This document shows positions 1 through 8,000 of a stretch of 51,266 bases of DNA, in pieces. The translations under genes and the position numbers were made by a program. The stretch is from a virus (taxonomy: Duplodnaviria; Caudoviricetes): positions 1-51,266 of the IMG/VR virus record IMGVR_UViG_3300033407_000023, one strand, 5' to 3'. How positions within the stretch are numbered: position 1 is the first letter of the stretch; every line of letters begins with the position of its first letter. The notes beneath the pieces are model-generated. The model was not told where the DNA came from. It was given only the letters and a program-made list of their open reading frames with translations, and searched no databases.

Positions 1-194
1 TTCAAGCTGAGGATTAGTGGTAATCAGATTCTTTTTAGAACAATACCCTGGTTAAAATTTTGACGATTTTATAGGGCTAAATTTTGAGAACGCTAGTGAT
101 ATTTGCAGCTAGATTATCGATAAATCCAGAGATGACTTTATTAAGGAAAACCAGACCACTGCGGGGAATAGCGAGGGGAGAAAAATTCTACAAT

Positions 195-225
195 AAAAAA
201 GAGGTTAAGCAAAAATTGCTTAACC
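195..225 (-). terminator. Rho-independent terminator after tRNA-Met 3' fragment
   Basis: GGTTAAGCAA (203-212)/TTGCTTAACC (216-225) inverted repeat; A-run 195-200 gives the U-tract on the - strand. Confidence 0.75.
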
Positions 226-238
226 CCTTGAATATACT

Positions 239-285
239 TGGTAGCGGGGACAGGATTTGAACCTATGACCTTCGGGTTATGAGCC
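239..285 (-). mobile_element. att-site remnant: 3' half of tRNA-Met(CAT), initiator-type
   Basis: - strand reads GGCTCATAACCCGAAGGTCATAGGTTCAAATCCTGTCCCCGCTACCA: anticodon loop, T-arm and CCA present; no D-arm or 5' acceptor strand. Confidence 0.85.
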
Positions 286-545
286 ACGGACAGTCTGCAA
301 ACCATTCGGGGCTTTTCTGCCTCGGGTGCCATGTTGATTCTTAATCATGTCAGGAAAAACTCTTCCGTTCTCCAAAATTGTAGCCGACAACATCTTCAAC
401 CCGGTATGTCACCAGACTAGCAATTTCGAATAGGAAATTCCTTTTCGGCTGAAACGGTCATTTCTCAGCCATGTTCTACCCCGTGTTTGTCGGTACGAAT
501 CTTTTTCCACTTCATTATTCACCATAAAAAGAACCCTGAAAATAA

Positions 546-601
546 TTGCCAGGCAGGCTGCCAGAGCTCGAAGCTCTACGGGAGCTACCCCGGCCAGGCA
601 A
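546..601 (-). ncRNA. Candidate structured RNA directly 3' of the integrase fragment (three-way junction)
   Basis: Outer stem TTGCCTGGCCGG/CCTGCCTGGCAA (two mismatches) encloses GGG-TAGCT-CCC and AGAGCT-TCG-AGCTCT hairpins. Confidence 0.4.
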
Positions 602-607
602 AGAAAA

Positions 608-877
608 TTATTGTATTGCTCGAATTTTCCCCCCTTCGGCCTTCATCGCATCCGACAAAATATCGTCAACAGTATCAGAGGCCCGGCGTAAAGCCTCATC
701 CCGGTAATGTATATAGCGTTGCGTCATCTGGGGGCTTTTGTGGGTCAAAAGTTTTTGCAGGGTAAACATGTCCACTTTACCGGAGCTTGCCAACATTGTT
801 GCGTAAACGTGCCGCAAACCATGAAGGGGCCGGAAGTCGGCGGGTAGTCCGGCTGCCGCTTTGTCTTCACCCATCAA
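608..877 (-). pseudogene. Orphan C-terminal catalytic fragment of a second tyrosine integrase
   Basis: HGLRH (HxxR) and LLTHKSPQMTQRY (H...Y) motifs, but no N-terminal domains and no first catalytic Arg; start overlaps the stop of the upstream integrase. Confidence 0.8.
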
Positions 878-2034
878 GAATACTGTTTATATTTTGTTTC
901 TTCGTTGTCTTTTTTCGTCTGCTGCTGGTCAAAGGTTGCCATAGCCTTCTTGACCGATTCGTCATTAACATGGCTGTAACGCTCGGTCATTTGTAGTGTT
1001 TTGTGACCAAGGATTTTTGCAATTACAGGTAATGTTATCCCCTGATTCACAAGCCAAGATGCAGCCGTATGTCGAAGAGTATGGAAAACAACTTTCAGAC
1101 GCCTGTCATCGATACCGTCATTCAATCCAAGCTCATCCACTGACCTGTGGAATGAATGGGACGCATAAGACTGTATACCTCCAACTCGAGAAGGAAAAAC
1201 CAGCTTATCAGGTTTTTCTTTTTCCAATCCTTCGAACATTTCAAAAATAGCATCTGTCATAAACACCATTCTGTTTTCTGAGTTCTTCGGGTCCATCACC
1301 TTTATCGTCCTGGTCTTGATGTCGATGTGCTGCCACCTCAGAGAAGCGATTTCTCCAAATCTCATACCAGTATTGAGGGAAACAAGAGCCATGCGGTAAG
1401 TCTGTTCTGAATGTCGTCGGAGTGTTTCTAGCAGAGTACCTGCTTCTTCTACGCTGAGATATCGATTCCGTTTATTATCAATCTTCTTTACAACTTTGGG
1501 AAGATCAATACTGAATGACAATGGCTTGCAGAGATCGCGGCGAACACCATAATTGATAGTTCGTTTCAGGAGGGTAATAGCTGTGGATACAGTATGCGGG
1601 GCAAGTCTTTTTAGAAGTCTCCTGACAACTCGGTCTATATCCAACTGAATCAGCTCATGCGGTTCTTTCTCGCCAAAACCATTCTGCAGATACAAACGAA
1701 ATCTGCCATCATCTGCTTTTTCCGGATTCGCGAGCATCTTGCGATACTCTGAATACAACCAGGCGATGTTATGCTTATTGGCAAGCTGTACCGCTTCATC
1801 TCGCTTCCCTTGGTTGCTCAACTGCTTGCCCTCAACACGTTGCGCGCGGAGTCCGGCAGCACGTGCAGGGGTCATATCATCGGCATACTGCCTACCGGCT
1901 TTCTCTTCGGTGAGCTTGCCGTCATGTCTGTAGCGGATATAATAAATTTTCTCGGTGCCGGTCCTGCCCACTGCTTTTCCTTCGATAAAAAAAACTCCTG
2001 GATAATTTGTTTTAAATCGTTCTTTAGTTGCCAT
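874..2034 (-). CDS. int: Site-specific tyrosine integrase
   Basis: 386 aa; TGMRFGE (R), DPKN (K), HTLRH, LGHKTLQMTERY; lies next to a tRNA-derived att site. Confidence 0.95.
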   Translation of the reverse strand: MATKERFKTNYPGVFFIEGKAVGRTGTEKIYYIRYRHDGKLTEEKAGRQYADDMTPARAAGLRAQRVEGKQLSNQGKRDEAVQLANKHNIAWLYSEYRKMLANPEKADDGRFRLYLQNGFGEKEPHELIQLDIDRVVRRLLKRLAPHTVSTAITLLKRTINYGVRRDLCKPLSFSIDLPKVVKKIDNKRNRYLSVEEAGTLLETLRRHSEQTYRMALVSLNTGMRFGEIASLRWQHIDIKTRTIKVMDPKNSENRMVFMTDAIFEMFEGLEKEKPDKLVFPSRVGGIQSYASHSFHRSVDELGLNDGIDDRRLKVVFHTLRHTAASWLVNQGITLPVIAKILGHKTLQMTERYSHVNDESVKKAMATFDQQQTKKDNEETKYKQYS

Positions 2035-2055
2035 GTTTCCACCTAAGCTGAAAAT

Positions 2056-2079
2056 CTATTCCCCACACTATTCCCCACA
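2056..2079 (+). repeat. Tandem 12-bp arm-type integrase-binding repeats (CTATTCCCCACA x2)
   Basis: Perfect tandem repeat between the int start and the tRNA-Thr core; a 1-mismatch copy occurs on the - strand at 160-171. Confidence 0.7.
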
Positions 2080-2195
2080 CATTGGGACAATATAGGGGTA
2101 TTTCCCGGTAAGTCAAGGTAAAAGATATGCTCTGTAAGTAAATGAATATATGACATTAAACAACAATCCGGTAAGAACAGGTAAAAACTAAATAA

Positions 2196-2244
2196 CGCTC
2201 TCGTAAAGCGCAGGCCAGCGGTTCGATTCCGCTTGCTGGCTCCA
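2196..2244 (+). mobile_element. att-site remnant: 3' half of tRNA-Thr(CGT)
   Basis: CGCT-CTCGTAA-AGCG anticodon arm, GGTTCGATTCC T-loop, ends TCCA; 5' half absent; about 160 bp from the int start. Confidence 0.85.
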
Positions 2245-2252
2245 GTGAATTC

Positions 2253-2287
2253 AATAGGTTAAAGCGTTTGCGCTTTAACCTATTTTT
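2253..2287 (+). terminator. Rho-independent terminator
   Basis: AATAGGTTAAAGCG-TTTG-CGCTTTAACCTATT followed by TTT. Confidence 0.8.
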
Positions 2288-2470
2288 GCTTCAGGCTAGT
2301 TATAGGCTAGTGAATAAGGCCGGTTGTTACCAAATTTCTTTCTTCTGCCCGTTTTTTACTTTTGGTTTTGACGCCAAAGTCTACCTCAAGTCCGACCTTG
2401 CTGCAAGTTGCAGTGTGATTTCCAGTCTTGCACGTCTATTTTCAACCATCAAATGCAAAAGCCAAATACC

Positions 2471-2501
2471 TTTGACTTCTGGTCAAAAATTTTGATACCA
2501 T
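2471..2501 (+). promoter_or_regulatory. Putative sigma70 promoter of hup with an overlapping palindrome
   Basis: TTGACT-18 nt-TACCAT with TG extension; TTTGAC-N5-GTCAAA palindrome (2471-2487) over the -35. Confidence 0.45.
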
Positions 2502-2575
2502 CCATTTTTTAATAGAGTTGGGCTGAAAAATACAGACAACGAAAAGGAAATTAACCAAAACATCAAGGAAAAAAC

Positions 2576-2854
2576 ATGAACAAGAAAGAGCTTGTTGAAT
2601 ACATTTCAAAATCTGCAAATCTCAGCAAAAATCAAGCCGAGGATGCATTGAAATGTACTCTTGACGCAATCACAAATTCACTCAAGAATAGTGACAAAGT
2701 AACACTGCTTGGTTTCGGGACTTTTTCTACTTCAAAACGAGAATCAAGGACAGGTAGGAATCCTCAAACTGGGAAATCGATCAATATTCCTGCAAAAACT
2801 GTTGTTAAGTTCAAGGTCGGTAAGGCATTGGGCGACGAGGTGAACAACGGGTAG
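2576..2854 (+). CDS. hup: HU family DNA-binding protein
   Basis: MNKKELV start, GFGTFS and GRNPQTG signature motifs; 92 aa; AAGGA Shine-Dalgarno. Confidence 0.95.
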   Translation: MNKKELVEYISKSANLSKNQAEDALKCTLDAITNSLKNSDKVTLLGFGTFSTSKRESRTGRNPQTGKSINIPAKTVVKFKVGKALGDEVNNG

Positions 2855-2904
2855 ACTGTACCAGTCTGCTGAATAACCGGCTCTTAAATCGGCCGGGAAA
2901 GCTT

Positions 2905-2953
2905 TGTACTTCTAATATGTCGGCCACAGGTTCGAATCCTGTCTGGCGTACCA
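2905..2953 (+). mobile_element. att-site remnant: 3' half of tRNA-Arg(TCT)
   Basis: CTTCTAA anticodon loop, ACAGG-TTCGAAT-CCTGT T-arm, ends ACCA; 5' half absent. Confidence 0.75.
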
Positions 2954-2957
2954 ATAA

Positions 2958-2996
2958 AATAAAGGGGTTAAGTCGAAATGACTTAACCCCTTTATT
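2958..2996 (+). terminator. Terminator-like hairpin after the tRNA-Arg fragment
   Basis: 17-bp inverted repeat AATAAAGGGGTTAAGTC/GACTTAACCCCTTTATT. Confidence 0.75.
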
Positions 2997-3108
2997 GTTG
3001 TAGGATAGCTGTAGGATAGTAAATTGATATCTTGACAAATAAAGAAAGAAACTGATAAAGGAATGGTAGGGGTTATTTCTGGAGTAATAACACACACAGG
3101 GTATACAG

Positions 3109-4263
3109 ATGGAAAATTATCCACACTTACTATTCAAAAGACACTGGCAAGTAACGTCAGACACGAACTATCAATTGGGCGAATGTGAGGCGATGATACG
3201 CGCCATTTCCAATACACCACTGCGGCCACAAGAGAGGAACCGGCTGCTAACCGTCTCCCTCATTAAGGGGGCTCAAGCTACTGCAGCGATAGAAGGGAAC
3301 ACTCTTTCGCAGGAAGAAATAGAAAAGATCTATCTTGAAGGCAAAAACCTACCCCCAAGCAAAGAATACTTGCAAAAAGAGGTAGAGAACGTCATCAGTG
3401 CACTAAATTACCTTCTCCAGGAGGTGGTTCGAGACGGTAAGGATTGGCCCATTACGCCAGAACTGTTGCTCGATTTTCATAAAAGAATATCTCGAAATCT
3501 TGGTGCCCATATCGATGCGATACCTGGACGCTGGCGGCAAGATCGGCGCCAAGTTGGTCCATATCTTGCCCCAGAGCATCGCTTTGTACCAGACCTGATG
3601 AAAAAGCTTTGTGACTGGTTAAGGGAAGAATTTCATTACCACACTGAACAGGATTTCAAAACAGCAGTTATCCAAGCAATTGTAACCCATGTCTACATAG
3701 AGTGGATACACCCTTTTGGGGACGGAAATGGCCGAACTGGTCGACTCGTAGAGTTCTTCATTTTACTCCGGTCAGGGCTACCGAGTATCGCTTCTCATAT
3801 CCCTTCTAACTTTTATAACGAGACTAGGAATGAATATTATAGGCAGCTCAACAATGCGAGAAAACAAAGAGACATATCTGATTTTATTAGCTATGCAGTT
3901 CAAGGCTTTCGCGACGGCCTAAAAGAAAACCTTAAAATTATCCAGGAAGGCCAAATGAAGATTTTCTGGAGAAACCATGTATTTGAGTCATTTTCCGATG
4001 TAAAATATACCAAGTCAACGGTTTTTAAAAGGAAGCGGGCCTTAATGTTCTCTATTCCCATAAATACTTTTCTTACTCCGTCAGAAATTCTAATTAAAAA
4101 CCCAGACGTAACCGTGGAATACTCGCAACTTGCAAAATCTACCTTCGAATCCGATCTGAAGGAACTTGTCAAAATGGGTCTTTTAATCAAGGTTGATAAT
4201 ACATATTTGGCAAATACTTCAAAGTTGCTGGCATCATTACCGGAAAAAAGGCAATCTTCTTAG
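3109..4263 (+). CDS. Fic family protein (AMPylase) with C-terminal winged-helix-like region
   Basis: Canonical HPFGDGNGRTGR motif; AAIEGN inhibitory-like helix in the N-terminal part. Confidence 0.92.
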   Translation: MENYPHLLFKRHWQVTSDTNYQLGECEAMIRAISNTPLRPQERNRLLTVSLIKGAQATAAIEGNTLSQEEIEKIYLEGKNLPPSKEYLQKEVENVISALNYLLQEVVRDGKDWPITPELLLDFHKRISRNLGAHIDAIPGRWRQDRRQVGPYLAPEHRFVPDLMKKLCDWLREEFHYHTEQDFKTAVIQAIVTHVYIEWIHPFGDGNGRTGRLVEFFILLRSGLPSIASHIPSNFYNETRNEYYRQLNNARKQRDISDFISYAVQGFRDGLKENLKIIQEGQMKIFWRNHVFESFSDVKYTKSTVFKRKRALMFSIPINTFLTPSEILIKNPDVTVEYSQLAKSTFESDLKELVKMGLLIKVDNTYLANTSKLLASLPEKRQSS

Positions 4264-4473
4264 GGGTGGCGAGATCATAGTCTACATGGACAATGGTAAA
4301 TGATTTAGTAAACAATTAATCAGCGCCTTCTGTCGAACCAGATAACATCTTTCATGACTTTATAGCTGATAATCTTCAGGAGCTATTTTTTACTGAGCGG
4401 CGACTCAAAATTAACAGGAGAGATCTTGGTGAAGGAATCATCGACAACGAGAGACATTTTGAAAACAAGGTGA

Positions 4474-4543
4474 GTCAAGAGGAGACTCGACCCCTTTCTT
4501 TTAATGGGTGGCCCCGATTCACTAGACCTGGCCCCGATTCACT
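4474..4543 (-). repeat. Stuttered GGGG(T/C)C-type cassette-boundary sites
   Basis: TGGCCCCGATTCACT at 4509-4523 and 4529-4543, plus GTCAAGAGGAGACTCGACCCCT at 4474-4495. Confidence 0.7.
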
Positions 4544-4551
4544 GTGCGCAT

Positions 4552-5013
4552 TTATCCTACTGTTTGCATTGCATAACGATCACACCACTGTTCTTCATTT
4601 TTTGTCTGACTTGTCATTTTCATAGAGGAATGATGCTCTGAATAAATAACATGACCGATCTCATGAAATAACAAGAACAGTGCATAACGTTTTGCCTCTG
4701 CCAGCTCCCAACTTATGATTCTAGTCTTTTGATCTACACCATTTGTGAATATTTTTAGATGATTGATGTAACTTTTATCATCTGACAAAATAATGCTGGT
4801 AAACTCTTTTAAGAAAAAATTAATCCGAATGTCGTAAAAATTACCATGCTGAACAGTTCTTCCCTCTTGAGTTGTTTTTGTATTACACCCAAACCTAATT
4901 ATCCTTATCTTCTCAAGATCATTAGAAGAAACGATATTTGTAGCTTGGATGATTTCTTTTTTTGATAATGGATATATATAACCAGAAGATAATCTGTCGA
5001 ATATAATTTTCAT
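4552..5013 (-). CDS. Putative immunity/partner protein of the Rhs tip; zincin-like HExxH protein
   Basis: Starts 24 nt downstream of the Rhs stop, AT-rich; LFHEIGH...EEQWCD motif. Confidence 0.7.
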   Translation of the reverse strand: MKIIFDRLSSGYIYPLSKKEIIQATNIVSSNDLEKIRIIRFGCNTKTTQEGRTVQHGNFYDIRINFFLKEFTSIILSDDKSYINHLKIFTNGVDQKTRIISWELAEAKRYALFLLFHEIGHVIYSEHHSSMKMTSQTKNEEQWCDRYAMQTVG

Positions 5014-5037
5014 TTACACGTATTGATTGCTGTTATT

Positions 5038-8000
5038 TTACCTTGTCCGCGTAGGCCCTCTTGGCCCTTTCGGAACTCTGCTATGTTCCTCACCGTCTTT
5101 ATGGCCTACATTTTTTTCTCTTTCTCCACATTTGCCACGATCTTCAGCTCCTTTCCGTCGATTGGGGTTTTCTGGCTTCTTATATTTAGCCATAAACATG
5201 GGATCATTAATGTCCGGTTCCTGGCCAATTTCTGTTGGCATACCAAAGACAATAGATGCTGCTGTGGTTATGATGCCAATCACGGGGCTTGCTGCTACAG
5301 TTGCTGCACCTGCTACAGTTTTCCCGAATGTACCCCAGGCGGCGGCAGCAGCGCCAGGGTTCAGCCCCCAAGGATCCACCCAATTAACCGGATCATTTCC
5401 AACATACCCATATAAGTTCGAATCCCCACCAGCAAACAATATCGGATCCTTAGCAGTCCACTTACCAATCTCCGGCATATAATCGCGATAGCCGAAGCGG
5501 ACCAATTTGGTGTCCGGGTCATGGAGTCCTCCGGCGAAACCGAAGGGTATCGCAAAAGAAGGGTTGCTGTCACTGATTATATTGCCGAAACTGTCGTAAT
5601 CAACTCTTTTGATGCTATTGCCGACGTTATCGGTGATCAGGCGCAGGGAGCCGACCTGGTCATAGTAGAGGTAGTAGGTGGTGCCGCCCTGGGTCATGGC
5701 ATAGGGGACGCGGTCGTCGGCGTATTCGAAGCGTTGGCGCAGGTTGCCGGAGCCGTCGTAGACCGCAAGGAGGGTGGTTTGGTCGAGCCAGAGGTATCTT
5801 TCTTCAATGGCGCCGTTCACCTTCTTTGCTATGCGTCGGCCGAGGGGATCGTTGATATACTCGATCAGGGTGTCGTCCGGCAGGGTTACCCGTTGCAGTT
5901 CGCCGGTTGAGGAATAAAGATATTGGGTGGTTTCGGCACCCTCTGTCCGGACTCTGAGATTATCGTCGTAGTCGAACTCGTAGTTTATCGGTCCGGCGGT
6001 GAGGGTATGATCCTCAATGGAATGGGTGAAGGTTCTGCCGGTGATGGCGAGAAGTTCATTCATCTCGTAGGTGCGGTTGCCGTTGTCGTCATAGCGGTAC
6101 TCTTCGACAAGTGCACCATCTTTGCTGACGGTCAGTAGTCTGCCGATATTGTCATAGGAATAGGCGAATTGGCTGCTAGTTCCTTCTATCTGCTCGCTTT
6201 TGGCGGTAATTCTGCCGCTGTCATTTCTGGTGAGATTGTAGGAGAAGCCGCTGCTGTTCTCGACCGCATCGATCTCGCCATAGCCGTTAAAGGACCGGTT
6301 TATCTGCATGTTGCCGTCCGAAACTTGTTCAGGCAGGCCGCTTGCGGCGTTTCTGGTGATGGTAAATCTTCCCGCAGCCGTCAGCAGGCCGTCGTTGTCG
6401 TAGCCAAAGTTTGCGGTCATGCCGCCATAGCTCATGGCGGTCGGATTGAAATCGTTATTGTAGCTGAAGCCGATATTGCCGGAAACTGATCCGGACTGAT
6501 CGATGGAGGTAAGCAGCTTTCCGTCGTAGGTGTAGTTCAGCTGTTCGCTGCCCCGGCTGATCGAGGCCGGCAGATCACCACAGCTGTAGGTATAGCTGGT
6601 GGACCATTCGACGGTGGTCGTTCCTGTTAGGCGGCCATGGGTGTAGGTGTTGGTGATTGTTTTCCCGGATGGCAGCTTGATCGCGGTCAGTTTGCGCTCC
6701 CTGTCGTAGGCGTAGCTGGTAACGCTGCCCAGCGGCGTGGTAAAACCGGATACCCGGTTGACGCCGTTGTAGTCAAAGTGGTTCTCTGCGGGTACCGGGG
6801 TAGTGAGAACGGTCAGGTTGCCCGAGGCATCGTATTGGAACCGGACGGTTGAGCTGTCCGGCCGGTCGATCCGGGTTGGCCGGTCGAGGAGGTCGTAATT
6901 GTAACTGGTGGTCCGGCCCAATGGGTCGGTAGCAGAGGCTAAATTGCCGCGGGAATCGTAACCATAGGAGATATTACGAGTTCCTGTGGTTGCCGCGGAC
7001 AAACGGCCATGGTTATCGTAGGCAAAATGGGACGATTGCAGACCGCCGAATTCCATATCGCTGACCAGCAGGGTGCCCAGATCGAAGGTGCTGGTGGCCG
7101 TTCTGCCTGCCGGGCTGGTGGAGGTGGCTGTGCCTGTCTGGTAATTGGTAATCGATGTGCTGGTTTTGCCGTTTAGGATAGAGGTGGCGGTGCTTGTCTG
7201 AGTGAGCCCGACGGCATTTTCGACATAGGTTTTATCCAGGTCAAGCCGGGAGGTCAAACCGGCAGGCGATGAGATGGAAACCGTTTGTGGTGTCTTTCTT
7301 TTGGATTTTTTATCCAGGGTGTAACGAATGTCGGTTGACATGCCGCATTGTTGTTTCGAATCATCCAGATTTTGATTTTTCCTGGTGAAGGTCGAGGTGT
7401 CACCGCTGGGGTTGGTGGTTACTGACTTATAAACACCGCCCGGTTCTATAGTATCGAGATGGGAGATGGTATTATTTTCGCTGCTGGTAATAGAAGATTG
7501 GACGGCGCCGTCGGTAAAGAGTACCTTGTCCAGCGTCCAGATGCCATGTTCTGGATCCTCAGTGCTGATGACGCGGCCGGCATCATCAAAAGTATGGGTT
7601 GAGGTTAGCCCTCTGGGATTGGTCATCGAGGTCATCAGCCCGTCACTGGTATAGCCGAAGCTATAGCCGGTTCCATCTTCAAAGTCGATGTCGGTCAGAT
7701 TGCCTTCGCTATCAACCGCCAGGTCGGTGCGATGGCCGTAGGGGGAGATAATGGCGGTTGGATTGCCTGCTGCATCGCGATTGATGGCGATGTTGTTGTT
7801 GAACCGGTCGGTAATGGTGATAAGGCGGTTATTGTCGTCGTGATTGAAAGTTGTCAGGGTGTTGCCGGTATTAGAATCTACAGTTCGGAGATGCCGACCG
7901 GCTGCTGAAAAGATATAGGCCGTATCGTTGTCTGAAACATAACGGTCAAATTCACCCAAACCAAGTTTACGTGCAAACGGATTTACACTAACTTTGCGGA

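Noticed and set aside
141-332. 63-aa ORF on the - strand
   Set aside because: It translates through the tRNA-Met fragment and terminator (AHNPKVIGSNP is a typical tRNA read-through artefact)
2196-2953. Intact tRNA-Thr and tRNA-Arg genes
   Set aside because: Only the anticodon-to-CCA halves are present; no D-arm or pairing 5' acceptor strand upstream
2811-3124. ORFs 2811-3095 and 2912-3124 on the - strand
   Set aside because: Antisense read-through of the tRNA-Arg fragment and terminator
4264-4500. Open stretch after the Fic gene that might be a gene remnant
   Set aside because: No credible start and no recognisable motif; cannot be assigned
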